Origin: an uncultured delta proteobacterium
GTDB lineage: Bacteria > Desulfobacterota > Desulfobaccia > Desulfobaccales > 0-14-0-80-60-11
Assembly: GCA_963812015.1 (NCBI GenBank)
Contig: CAWETI010000003.1
Span: forward strand, 1,376,001 to 1,440,000
Length of the DNA: 64,000 nucleotides
Reading direction: 5' to 3'
Shown here: in pieces, positions 39,001-47,759 of the stretch
Layout: the number at the start of each line of letters is the position of its first letter
Numbering within the stretch: position 1 is the stretch's first letter
Position numbers and translations under genes: made by a program
Notes under the pieces: model-generated
Told to the model about the DNA's origin: nothing
Seen by the model: only the letters and a program-made list of their open reading frames with translations
Database searches by the model: none

Positions 39001-39268
39001 CTAAGCCCTCCATCTCCCAGAGTTTTTTCTCCAGATTGATCACCACCAGGTTTTCTACTTCTTGCGGCGAGGCCCCGGGGAAGCGGATGAGGATGTCCAC
39101 CATGGGGACCTTGATCTGGGGGTCTTCTTCGCGAGGGGTATAGAGCAGCGCCATCACCCCGGCCAGCAGGCTCACCAGGATGATAATGGTGGGAAGCTTG
39201 GACAGCAGAAAGACCTTGACCAGGCGGGCGGTGGGGCCGAGATGGAGGTCTTGGGGCGATTGGGTCAT
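36029..39268 (-). CDS. RND efflux permease (AcrB/CusA superfamily)
   Basis: PREEDPQI, GLLVDDPIIDVENI, GIVVRNSIILIDF, RFRPIVLT; 1079 aa. Confidence 0.93.
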   Translation of the reverse strand: MTQSPQDLHLGPTARLVKVFLLSKLPTIIILVSLLAGVMALLYTPREEDPQIKVPMVDILIRFPGASPQEVENLVVINLEKKLWEMEGLEDLYSQARDGFAIVTAKFKVGENLETSLFKVYNKVFSNIDQVPSGVAGWVVKPMSINDVPIVTLTLYSNRADDYELRRVADELLHRLQSIPDTGRSYVVAGRKRQVRVLADPARMAGHGLDLAALAQAIEVSNVNLPAGHFSRQDREYLVEAGPFLKSADEVANLLVGLNQGKPVYLKDVAEVVDGPEEPVELSTIAFGPADKLLPGYERGQFYPAVTMAVAKRTGTNAVTVAQGILDKITALQKEVIPPDIRVKVTRDYGATANDKVNELMRELLIAVLSITVLLTLFLGWREALIVALAVPLTLAITLTGNMLFGYTINRVTLFALILSLGLLVDDPIIDVENIHRHFQLREHPPLEATLVAVDEVRAPTILATFTVIISFIPMYFVTGMMGPYMRPMPLNVPLAMLMSLAIAFTVTPWATYHFLKKEYGKEPKPFVLEETWIYRVYTRIMTPLLESRRRSHLFLLGVVGLLVISVLLPVFGLVPLKMLPFDNKNDFLVVADLPNDAPLERTQEALKDFGRYLTTVSEVDHVVTFAGEGAPIDFNGLVRHYYLMQGPWVGQIRVNLADKERRSAASHAVTLWVRPAMEEIARKYKVRLKIAEVPPGPPVLQTLVGEVYGPPGASYASLINEADRVKAFFLKTRGVVDVDTSVSTAEPRFRFMVDRQKAALSGLNQAQIVRGLAIAEAGEAVGRVHVAPERLPLSIFLRGPEAWRSSTLSLGQLYFKNPQGTMVPLQELGQFDLDLAPKSIMRKNLERVVFVTGDTAGQSPVNAILDLMGETDKAPPPPGYRVNYAGEGEWKITVQVFRDLGVAFAGALVGIYILLVLQTSSFTMPLVIMVAIPLTMIGVMPGFALLNLLFTSPVKGFGNPIYFTATAMIGMIALAGIVVRNSIILIDFIHHHLDRGVPLEEAVLRSGAVRFRPIVLTALAAMFGSWVITLDPIFSGLAWSFIFGLFASTAFSLVVVPVIFYLQASRQAKLRGEPGDVS

Positions 39269-39278
39269 GATGGCTATA

Positions 39279-39569
39279 GGCAGTGAGCAGTTAGCGATTA
39301 GCCGTTAGCAGTTAGTAAAATTCAGTAGCCATAGGGCGTGCTGTGCACGCCGATTTTTCTCGTTCCCAAGCTGCGCTTGGGAACGGGCCTGGGTGCCAAG
39401 CTTCGCTTGGCCTCAAAGCGAAGCTTTGAGGCTATTGAGGCTTCCAAACCGAGCTTGGAAACTAGGCAATGGTGACACAGGCGTCCCGCCTGTGCCGGCG
39501 CAGGCTAAAACCTGCGCTACCAAAAGGACTATTCCCCAGCCAAATTATGGCGACCACAGGCCGCCCTAT
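39279..39569. repeat. Mosaic of heptamer run and several palindromic elements
   Basis: CAGTTAG-type run, GGCGTGCTGTGCACGCC, CGTTCCCAAGCTGCGCTTGGGAACG, CACAGGCGTCCCGCCTGTG, GCGCAGGCTAAAACCTGCGC. Confidence 0.7.
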
Positions 39570-39572
39570 TGA

Positions 39573-40586
39573 CTATTCCGGGAGCACAATGCGATCCCCA
39601 GCCTTAAGCCCCGCCAGGACTTCCACCTGCTCGCCCACCTTGCGACCCAGTTTTACCTGGCGCAGTTCCGAGGTTTGATCCCTCGCCACCCGCACCATGG
39701 TGAGCTGACCCACGGTTTTGACCGCCGCCTGGGGGATCAGGATGCCCCGGCTGGAATCCAGAGGCAGCGACAACCGGGCGAACATCCCCGGCATCAGGCC
39801 CGGGTGGTTCAGCATGGCGGTGCGCACCTTGAAGGTGCGGCTGCCCGCGGCGCTGATGGGAAAGATTTCGGCGATGGGAAGCCTCGCCTCGAACTTCACC
39901 GCGGGCACGCTGACCAGGGTGGCCTCTCCCAGCTTCACCTGCTCCCGGTAGTTGTCGTTGACCTCGCCCTCCACCTGGAGGAGGTCCGGGTTGTACAGGG
40001 ACGCCAGGGCCTGCCCGGGCTGGGCCAAGTCCCCCACCGCCACCTGGCGCTCCGCCACCACCCCGGCCGCCGGCGCCTTTACCACGGTGTAGCCCTTCAG
40101 GGTGGCGGCCTCGGAAACCATGGCCTGGGCCGTCTTAAAGCGGGCCTCCATGGCCCCGAACTCCTGGGGGCTCACCGCGCCTTCCTTGAACAGGAACTGG
40201 TAACGTTTATAGTCGGCGGCGGCCTGCTGCAATTGCGCCTGGGCCTGGTCCAGCCGGGCCTGGAACTCCGCCGCCGACAGGGTCACCAGGGGGGCACCCG
40301 GCTTGACTCGGGAGCCGGCCTCCACCCAGATCTTCGCCACCCGGCCGGGGACCTGGGACGACACCTGGGCCAGGCTCGGGGAAATCACCGTCCCTAGGAC
40401 CTCCAACTCCCGGGGAATCTCGGTCTCCTGGACCACCAGAACCCGGCCCTGGGGCGGCAGGCCTGCCAGGGGCGCCAGCCCCGGGGCGATCTTGCCGAAA
40501 TGTAGCAGCCCCGCCAGCCAGGCCATGAACAGCACTCCCCCCACCACCAGGGCGCTCAGTCCGATGATTTTTCTTTTGTCTGCCAT
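39573..40586 (-). CDS. RND efflux membrane fusion protein
   Basis: N-terminal TM anchor, lipoyl half-motifs (VEAGSRVKPG; APAAGVV), SRTFKVR, LMPGMFAR. Confidence 0.92.
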   Translation of the reverse strand: MADKRKIIGLSALVVGGVLFMAWLAGLLHFGKIAPGLAPLAGLPPQGRVLVVQETEIPRELEVLGTVISPSLAQVSSQVPGRVAKIWVEAGSRVKPGAPLVTLSAAEFQARLDQAQAQLQQAAADYKRYQFLFKEGAVSPQEFGAMEARFKTAQAMVSEAATLKGYTVVKAPAAGVVAERQVAVGDLAQPGQALASLYNPDLLQVEGEVNDNYREQVKLGEATLVSVPAVKFEARLPIAEIFPISAAGSRTFKVRTAMLNHPGLMPGMFARLSLPLDSSRGILIPQAAVKTVGQLTMVRVARDQTSELRQVKLGRKVGEQVEVLAGLKAGDRIVLPE

Positions 40587-40610
40587 GGTGCTCCACCAAG
40601 CGACTTTTTG

Positions 40611-40740
40611 AGGGAGGGGGATAGGGGCGAAAGCCCCTACCCCTTCCCCCAAACCCCCATCCCCAACCCCGTACAGGGGGATGGGAGGGGAGTTTGAGGG
40701 GAGGGCGGGGGAATTGACTTGCCCCGGCCCTCCCCTCAAA
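40611..40740. repeat. ~130-bp three-hairpin G/C-run dispersed repeat, copy 1
   Basis: Highly similar to 47598-47739; partial copy at 35983-36059. Confidence 0.85.
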
Positions 40741-42108
40741 TCATTGCTTCTCCGCCTTCCCACCCTCCGCCACCGGGCCGGAGATGGTCCCCAGGGCCAG
40801 GTCCAGGCCCGCCTGGGCCAGGTAGGTGTCGAACAGGGCCGCCACCTGGCTCAGTTCGGCGTTTTTGGTGGCGTCTTCGGCGTTGAGCAGATCCACCAGG
40901 ATGGTGAGGCCTGATTCGTACCTTAGGCGGATGAGCCTCAGGCTCTCCCGGGCCTGAGCCACCGCGACTTTCGCTACCTGGAGGCGCTCATGGGCCGTCT
41001 TCAGGGTGAGGATGGTCTCGGTCACCTGGTGCCGGATCCGGTCCTCCAGATCCCGCTGCAGGTCCCGGGCCTGGGTCTCTTTGGCCCGGGTCTCCCTCAC
41101 TTTGGCCAGGTCGGCCAGGCCGTTGAACAGGTTAAAGTTGAGCAGGGCCATCACCGTATAGCTGTCGGCGCTAGTGCCGAAGAGGCGCCGCTGGTCCACG
41201 TCATACTCCGCCACCACGTGCAGCCGGGGCAGGTAGCTGAAGCGGGCCTTGCTGTACTCTTGCTGGGCCACCCGGGCCGTGAGCTCCAGCTGTTTGAGGT
41301 CGGGACGCCGTTCCTGGGCTGTGCGCTGGAGGTCATTCAAATTGGGCGGCGGCGGGGGTGGTTCCTTGGGGGCCGGGGCCAGAGGGCGCTCCCCCGCCTC
41401 CGGCAGGCCCACCACCGTGGATAAGGCGCTCTGGGCGATCTTCACCTGGCTGGCCGCGGTCATTTCCTCCTGGGTGATTTTGGCCAGGTGCACTTGGGCG
41501 GATAAGACGTCAGAGTGGACCACCGTGCCGGCCTTAAAGCGGGTTTGGGCGATTTTCAGGTGCTCGGCGGCGGTATGGCGGGCCTGCTGCACCACCGCCA
41601 GCCGCGCCTGGGCCAGTTGCAACCCGAAATAGGCCTGGGTCACCTGGAACAACAACTGCTGCCGGGAACTCAATACGTAAGCCGCGGCCATCTCCCGGCC
41701 CAACTGGGCCTGCTTATAGCCCAGATAGGCTTCTCCGGCCTGGAACAGGGGTTGGCGCATTACCAGACCGGTGCGAAAGTCGCCGAAGGCGTTGGGGTAG
41801 TTCAGGTTATTGAGGAGAAAATCCTGGCCGGTGAAGACCCGCTGGTTCAATTTATTCATGAAGACCTGAGTGGGATTATTGGAATAGTTGTAGGTCTCCT
41901 GGAAGTTAACCGTGGGCAGGAATCGGGCCCGGGCCTTGGCCAGGTCCGCTTCTGCGGTTTCCACGGTCATGCCCGCGGCCGCCAGGGCCGGGTTGTGCTT
42001 CAGGGCCAGGAGCATGGCCTCGCTCAGGCTCAAGGGTGGACCCGCGGCCAGGGCCGTCATCCCCCAACCGAAACAAACCCACATCAGGATAATCGCCCTC
42101 AGCCCCAT
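40741..42108 (-). CDS. TolC-family outer membrane efflux protein
   Basis: Signal peptide, ALKHNP, two helical OEP repeats (RFKAG, RYESG). Confidence 0.92.
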   Translation of the reverse strand: MGLRAIILMWVCFGWGMTALAAGPPLSLSEAMLLALKHNPALAAAGMTVETAEADLAKARARFLPTVNFQETYNYSNNPTQVFMNKLNQRVFTGQDFLLNNLNYPNAFGDFRTGLVMRQPLFQAGEAYLGYKQAQLGREMAAAYVLSSRQQLLFQVTQAYFGLQLAQARLAVVQQARHTAAEHLKIAQTRFKAGTVVHSDVLSAQVHLAKITQEEMTAASQVKIAQSALSTVVGLPEAGERPLAPAPKEPPPPPPNLNDLQRTAQERRPDLKQLELTARVAQQEYSKARFSYLPRLHVVAEYDVDQRRLFGTSADSYTVMALLNFNLFNGLADLAKVRETRAKETQARDLQRDLEDRIRHQVTETILTLKTAHERLQVAKVAVAQARESLRLIRLRYESGLTILVDLLNAEDATKNAELSQVAALFDTYLAQAGLDLALGTISGPVAEGGKAEKQ

Positions 42109-42343
42109 GCCGGTCCCTCGCCCCCAAATTCTTCCGGCCATTATAATGGTCCTCACCCCCGGTGGCAACCTGATTGGCGTTGAAGAGAAAATAAGTTCAA
42201 AATGTTCTTAAGAGGAGAAGTCGGCTTTGAGGAAAAAATAACCGCTATGAAATTGCCGGGATGAAGATTAGTTTACACCTTAGAGGGCCTGTGGTAAGGA
42301 TGAAAAAGGCAGAAGCGCCCGATTTTATCCAGGAGAGTGAACC

Positions 42344-43237
42344 ATGCGGACCTTTCAGGAGATCAAGGATAATTACCGCTTCTCGGAACTGGAGATTGAG
42401 ATTTTAAAAGGCCTGTTGCCCGTGGTTTCGCCCCACGTCGAGTTGATCGTGTCGGACTTTTACAACCTGTTCCTGCAAATCCATGACACCGCCAAGTTTC
42501 TGGAAGATGAGACCAAGCTGACCTGGCTTCGGGCCCAGCATCAGAATTGGCTGCTGGCCCTGTTTCAGGGGCCCTACGACGAGCGCTACTTTCAGCGCCT
42601 GCAGCGTATCGGCCACGCCCACGTGTGCATCGGCCTGTCGGCCCACTTTGTCTACGTGGGGATGAACCTGGTTCGCCAGCGCCTCCACCAGATCATCGAG
42701 ACCGAGGTGGACCTCCGGCAGCGGGAGGACGCCTTCCGGGCGGTGGAAAAGATCCTGGACCTGAACCTGGACATCATTGCCCGGACCTACCATGAAGAAG
42801 AGATCCGCCGGGTCTTCCTCTCCCAAAAGCTGGATTCGGCGTTGATCAGGTTTTCCCAGCGTTTTACCTTCGGCCTCAACATCCTCCTGGTGGTGGGTCT
42901 CCTGGGCCTGTCTCTGGGGGCGGTGGGCCTCATCGTCCAGGACGTGGTCCACATCTTCCAGGGAAATCTCTCCCATGGCCTGGTGAGCGCCATGGGCTCC
43001 GTGCTGATCCTGTGGGTGGTCATCGAGTTGCTGGACATGGAGATCGACCGCCTCCGGGGTGGCGCCTTCAAGCTCCAACTCTTTGTGGGGTTGGCCCTGG
43101 TGGCCTTTATCCGCAAGGTGCTGGTGACCTCCCTGGCGTCCCATGACCTGTGGAGCGAAGCCCTCTACCTGGCCGGCATCCTGGTGTGCGGGGTGATCTT
43201 CTGGCTGGTGTCCCGGGCGGAAGGGGCCAACAAGTAA
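42344..43237 (+). CDS. Protoglobin/globin-sensor domain fused to a PsiE-like four-TM domain
   Basis: SDFY, WLLALF.GPYD..Y, IGHAHV.IGL globin motifs; C-terminal LILWVVIELL and LVAFIRKVL. Confidence 0.8.
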   Translation: MRTFQEIKDNYRFSELEIEILKGLLPVVSPHVELIVSDFYNLFLQIHDTAKFLEDETKLTWLRAQHQNWLLALFQGPYDERYFQRLQRIGHAHVCIGLSAHFVYVGMNLVRQRLHQIIETEVDLRQREDAFRAVEKILDLNLDIIARTYHEEEIRRVFLSQKLDSALIRFSQRFTFGLNILLVVGLLGLSLGAVGLIVQDVVHIFQGNLSHGLVSAMGSVLILWVVIELLDMEIDRLRGGAFKLQLFVGLALVAFIRKVLVTSLASHDLWSEALYLAGILVCGVIFWLVSRAEGANK

Positions 43238-43299
43238 GGCCGTTTTCTTGCAGCACCCCGATGTGCGCCCAAAGCGGGAAAACGCGTAAAGGCCATGTT

Positions 43300-44463
43300 T
43301 CAGCCCGGGCCGGGTTCCGGGGTTGACGGGGCGGCAGGGGCTTCGGGCGGGGCGGCGGGGGGAAATTCGTCCACCATTTCCGGCCGATCGGTGAAGCGGT
43401 GCGGCAGCCGGATGGTCACGGTGGTGCCCCGGCCCACCTTGCTGGCCAGGGTGATGACGCCCCGGTGTTCGTCCACGATCTGGCGCACGAACACCATCCC
43501 CAAGCCGGTGCCGCCGATCTTGGTGGTATAAAACGGCACAAAGACCTTCTCCACCACGTCCTGGGGCATCCCTCGGCCGGTATCCTGGATGATCAACACC
43601 GCAAATTGTTGTTCCATGACGGTGCGCACCAGCACGGTCCCTCCCCGGGGGGTGGCCTCCACGGCGTTGCGCACCAGATGGGCCAGGGCCACCTTCAGCA
43701 GGTGCTTGTTGTATCGCCCCATCAACGGCTCATCGCAGAGTTCCGCCACCAGGGCGATGTTCTTGGCCCGGAGTTCCGGCAGGAGAAGTTGCAGTGTGGC
43801 GCGGACGATGGCGTTCAAGTCCTCCTGGGCAAAAAACGAGGTCTTTCTCTGGGCCAGGTTCTCGAAGCGCTCCACCATCTGCTCGATGCGCCGGGCCTCC
43901 TCGGCGATGGCCGTGGCCCAGGCGCGGCTGGGGTCGTCTTCGTCCGTCTTCCGCAAGAGGCGGTGGCTGAAGCCGCCGATGACGTGCAGGGGATTGCGGA
44001 TACCGTGAGCCATCCCCAGAGCCATCTCCGACATGGTGCGCTCCATCACCAGGGCTTCCATTTCCCGGTTGAGGGCCAGGATTTCATGGCTGGTTTCTTC
44101 CAGATGGTGATGATCCGCCTCCATCCGGCGGTACAGCCGCTGAATCCGGTGGAAGAACAGGGTGATGGCCGCAATGGTCACGTAAACGACGGTATCGAAA
44201 CCGCCGAAAATCCGCTGCAACAGCGCCAGGTTGGGAAGATTCCAGTAAGTGATGAGATCATGCAGGGAATGGGAAATCAGGTGGGTGACGGAGAAAATTA
44301 AAAAAGCGATGGCCAGCCAGTTAAGAAAGAGCCACAGGGCATTTTCCGGGTCCTGATCCACCAGTCGGCGGCTCAGGCGCAGGGAGAGGATATTCAAAAT
44401 AAGGACGATCAGAGCGCACAGGTATTCCACGATCCAGACGGGAGCCAGGGGCAGGGAAATCAT
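43300..44463 (-). CDS. Membrane sensor histidine kinase with atypical H-box
   Basis: Three TM helices, AHGIRNPL, LVRNAVEA, DTGRGM, FVPFYTTK, GTGLG. Confidence 0.88.
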   Translation of the reverse strand: MISLPLAPVWIVEYLCALIVLILNILSLRLSRRLVDQDPENALWLFLNWLAIAFLIFSVTHLISHSLHDLITYWNLPNLALLQRIFGGFDTVVYVTIAAITLFFHRIQRLYRRMEADHHHLEETSHEILALNREMEALVMERTMSEMALGMAHGIRNPLHVIGGFSHRLLRKTDEDDPSRAWATAIAEEARRIEQMVERFENLAQRKTSFFAQEDLNAIVRATLQLLLPELRAKNIALVAELCDEPLMGRYNKHLLKVALAHLVRNAVEATPRGGTVLVRTVMEQQFAVLIIQDTGRGMPQDVVEKVFVPFYTTKIGGTGLGMVFVRQIVDEHRGVITLASKVGRGTTVTIRLPHRFTDRPEMVDEFPPAAPPEAPAAPSTPEPGPG

Positions 44464-44925
44464 CTACTCAGCTCCCGGTTTGCGGACCAGAGCCTTCAGT
44501 CCCAGGTAAAACATGAAAAAGGCCGGCACTAACAGGATGAAGTGATCGAACTTGGTGATATAGACCAGCCAGGTTTGGAAATCATACATGACGAGCCGCC
44601 GGCCCCAGCCCTGCCCCAGGATGATGGGATTTTCCAGGGTCCAGTCGGCCCAGTGGCCGATAAAGGCGTCCAGGTTCCAGAAGGCTAGAATCGCCCAGGC
44701 CCACGCCAGGAGCCGAAAGCCACGAAAACTTTGCAGATTGGCGTGGAATATTTCATAGATGAAAAAGAGCATGGACAGGCAGAAAAGCAAGTGGGCGGTT
44801 TCGTGGACATAGGAGCCTTCGGTGCCGAATTGGTACCAGGTGACCCATTGGGCCAGAACATACTTGGGCGAGAGGAAGACGAGGACGAAAAGCGCAGGGC
44901 AAACCTTCCATAACTGACGCCGCAT
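44464..44925 (-). CDS. Hypothetical membrane protein abutting the kinase
   Basis: Signal-like segment plus three TM helices with several His; TAG directly followed by the kinase ATG. Confidence 0.75.
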   Translation of the reverse strand: MRRQLWKVCPALFVLVFLSPKYVLAQWVTWYQFGTEGSYVHETAHLLFCLSMLFFIYEIFHANLQSFRGFRLLAWAWAILAFWNLDAFIGHWADWTLENPIILGQGWGRRLVMYDFQTWLVYITKFDHFILLVPAFFMFYLGLKALVRKPGAE

Positions 44926-45081
44926 GGGATCAGGCCTCACTTAATCATATTGTGCGCATATTCGGGGGAATTGTCAATCAGAGGCCGATAATTAGTTGCG
45001 AGGCGAAGGTCTAGATCAGGGGAGCGGCAGCCGTATCCCGGTTTCGCCTGCGGTCGGAACCTGAGCCGGCGGCCCCAAGGC

Positions 45082-45975
45082 TTATCCCTGAAACCCCAAG
45101 GAGCGGAGGGCTTTGGGATCTTTGCGCCAGTTTTTCCAGACCTTGACCCAGAGTTCCAAAAATACCTTGGCTCCCAGGAGGTGCTCCATTTTGACCCGGG
45201 CCTCGACGCCGATGGCCTTCAGCATGCGTCCCTGCTTGCCGATGAGGATGCCTTTCTGGGAGTCCCGCTCCACAAAAATCACCGCCCGGATCCTGACCAG
45301 ATGGGGGCGGCGGCTTTCATCGAACTCCTCCACCTGCACCGCCACGGAGTGGGGAATCTCTTCGCTGGTGTGGTGCAGCACCCGTTCCCGGATGAGTTCG
45401 GTTACCAGGAAGCGCTCGGTGGAATCGGTGTCCTGGTCCGGGGGATAGAGGGGCGGCGACCTCGGCAGGCGTTTGAGGATCTCGGCCACCAGTTCCGTCA
45501 GCCCCTCGCCAACCAGGGCGCTCACCGGGATGATGGGCGAGGTGGGAAACAGCTCGTGGTAAGCGCTGATGAGGGGCAGAAGCCGGGGTTTGGCCACGGT
45601 GTCGATCTTGTTGATCGCCACGATCAGGGGCCGCTCCAGTCGCCTCAGGTGGGGCAGGAGGACCCGGTCGTCCGGGGCCGGGGGCCGGGGCTCCACCAGC
45701 CACACCACCACGTCGGCTTCAGCAAGGGCCGTGAGGGCCGCCTGGACCAGGGTGGCATTGAGCGCCCCTTTGGGCTCCAGCACCCCCGGGGTATCCAGGA
45801 ACAGGAGCTGGGCTGCCGGCAGGTTGACGATGCCCAGGAGGCGGTGCCGGGTGGTCTGGGGCTTGGGGGAGGTGATGGCCAGCTTGTCCCCCACCAGCCG
45901 GTTCAGGAGGGTGGACTTGCCCACGTTGGGTACGCCGATGAGCGCAATATAGCCGCATTTGTAGTCTTCAGGCAT
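45082..45975 (-). CDS. era: GTPase Era
   Basis: G.PNVGKST, KPQTTR, DTPG, NKID, KH domain SQKGILIGK.G. Confidence 0.97.
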   Translation of the reverse strand: MPEDYKCGYIALIGVPNVGKSTLLNRLVGDKLAITSPKPQTTRHRLLGIVNLPAAQLLFLDTPGVLEPKGALNATLVQAALTALAEADVVVWLVEPRPPAPDDRVLLPHLRRLERPLIVAINKIDTVAKPRLLPLISAYHELFPTSPIIPVSALVGEGLTELVAEILKRLPRSPPLYPPDQDTDSTERFLVTELIRERVLHHTSEEIPHSVAVQVEEFDESRRPHLVRIRAVIFVERDSQKGILIGKQGRMLKAIGVEARVKMEHLLGAKVFLELWVKVWKNWRKDPKALRSLGFQG

Positions 45976-46140
45976 ACGATTAATATATCAATATGTTCCA
46001 CCTTTTGCAGCTATCTTCGCCAAAGAAAAGCCAGGGCGGGCCCGGACCCCGCCCGGAATTCGGTCCGCTGGGGCTGAGACATGAGGTCCGCCGGGGCCGC
46101 CGGTCCTTACCGGGTCCCCATACTCTTACCCCGGCGCGGT

Positions 46141-46578
46141 TCACTCTGGAGGCGCGCCGGCTCGCTGGGCCTTGGCCTCAACCTTGGTGGTGAATTTCCC
46201 GGCATCGATGACGAAGCGCTCGTGGTATCCCTGGGAAATCAGGTCCGCCCCGTCGTCGGCTTCCAGAAAAAAGGTGAGTTTCCGCCCTTCCACCTTCTCC
46301 AGGAGGCCCCGGACCGTGACCACCAGCCCGGGAGGGGTGGCGGCGGTGTGGCTCAGGTTCACGTGGATGCCCACGGTCTGTTCCCGGGGCCAGTCGAGAT
46401 AGGGGTTGAGCGCCTGGATGCAGGCCCATTCGAAGAGCCCCACCATGTACCCGGTGGCCAATACCCGGGGCATCGCCTGAAATTCCGGGGACTCGGGGTA
46501 GAGATAAGGCACCGTCTTGGTTTCCGGCACCTGAAACTGAAATTCGAATTTCAGACCGGGCTGTAAGGAGTCTTTCAT
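46141..46578 (-). CDS. FlK-like (fluoroacetyl-CoA) hotdog thioesterase
   Basis: VLATGYMVGLFE, SHTAATPPG, HERF. Confidence 0.85.
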   Translation of the reverse strand: MKDSLQPGLKFEFQFQVPETKTVPYLYPESPEFQAMPRVLATGYMVGLFEWACIQALNPYLDWPREQTVGIHVNLSHTAATPPGLVVTVRGLLEKVEGRKLTFFLEADDGADLISQGYHERFVIDAGKFTTKVEAKAQRAGAPPE

Positions 46579-46678
46579 AACCTGTCTCCCAAAAATTTCT
46601 TTTGCTTGCCTGTTAATTTCTGCTAAAAAAGATAATAAGTAAAATTAAATAATCTTATTTAATTGATTAGGATAATTT

Positions 46679-47575
46679 ATGGAATGGCAGCAACTCCTGG
46701 GCTTTTACCAGGTGGTGAAACTGGGGAGTTTCACCCGGGCGGCGGAGGCCACCTTTCGGACTCAGTCGGCCTTGAGTCAGCAGGTCAAGGCCCTGGAGGA
46801 CGAACTGGGAAGCCAACTCCTGGAGCGCCTGGGCAAGCGCCGCCTCAAGCTGACCCCCCCGGGGGAAAAGCTCTTTGCCTTTGCTCAGGGGCTCATGGCC
46901 CAATGGGACCGTCTCGTGGAAGATCTGCGGGCCCTGGATGGCCGGGCCCAGGGACCCTTGAGCCTGGCGGCGCCCTTCACCACCCTCTATCACCTTTTGC
47001 CCGAGGCCATTCTGACTTACCTCAAGGAGTATCCTCAGGTGGAGCTGACCCTGCTGGACCGCGCCCAGGCCGACGTCTTTGCCCTGGTGAAAGCAGGCGA
47101 CGTCGATTTCGGCCTGGCCCTGGAATCCCTGGTCCCCAAGGACCTGGCGGCCCGGCGCTGGCAGCCGGTGGACCCGGTCCTGCTGGCGCCTTTGGGCCAT
47201 CCCCTGACCCGGGTGCGGCGAGTCACCTGGCGCCAGATCGCCCGGTATCCTTTGATTGTGCCGCCCCGGAGCCACGAGTTGGGAGGCCGGCGCCGTCTGG
47301 AAGAGCAGTTCCAGAAATTGGGCCTTGCCTTTCGCATCATCCTGGAATCATCCAACGTGGAATTGAGCGCCCACTACGTGGAAACCGGCCTGGGCCTGGC
47401 CTTCGCCACCCTGGCCCGGGGCCTGTCGCCCTGGCGCAACCTGGCCTTTATTCCCCTCAACCATTATTTCAAATCGGATCATCTGGCCCTGGTGCTGCGC
47501 CGGGACAAGGCCCTGACCCCCTACAAGGAGGCCTTTATTAATCTCCTGTTTGGCGATACAATCATTCCCCAGTAA
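46679..47575 (+). CDS. LysR-family transcriptional regulator
   Basis: GSFTRAAE...TQSALSQQVKALEDELG HTH plus substrate-binding domain; divergent from the thioesterase. Confidence 0.93.
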   Translation: MEWQQLLGFYQVVKLGSFTRAAEATFRTQSALSQQVKALEDELGSQLLERLGKRRLKLTPPGEKLFAFAQGLMAQWDRLVEDLRALDGRAQGPLSLAAPFTTLYHLLPEAILTYLKEYPQVELTLLDRAQADVFALVKAGDVDFGLALESLVPKDLAARRWQPVDPVLLAPLGHPLTRVRRVTWRQIARYPLIVPPRSHELGGRRRLEEQFQKLGLAFRIILESSNVELSAHYVETGLGLAFATLARGLSPWRNLAFIPLNHYFKSDHLALVLRRDKALTPYKEAFINLLFGDTIIPQ

Positions 47576-47597
47576 AACGGTTTTCGGTTTTCGGTGT

Positions 47598-47739
47598 TGG
47601 GGGAAGGGGCTATGGGCTTTTTCGTAAGTGGCCCCTACCCCTTACCCCCAAACCCCCATCCCCAACCCCTTACAGGGGGTAGGGAGGGGAGTTTGAGGGG
47701 AGGGCGGGGGAAATGACTTCCCCCGGCCCTCCCCTCAAG
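47598..47739. repeat. ~130-bp three-hairpin dispersed repeat, copy 2
   Basis: CCCCCAAACCCCCATCCCCAACCCC...TTGAGGGGAGGGCGGGGG...CCCCGGCCCTCCCCTCAA shared with 40611-40740. Confidence 0.85.
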
Positions 47740-47759
47740 ATTAACCAAAGGACAACAGC

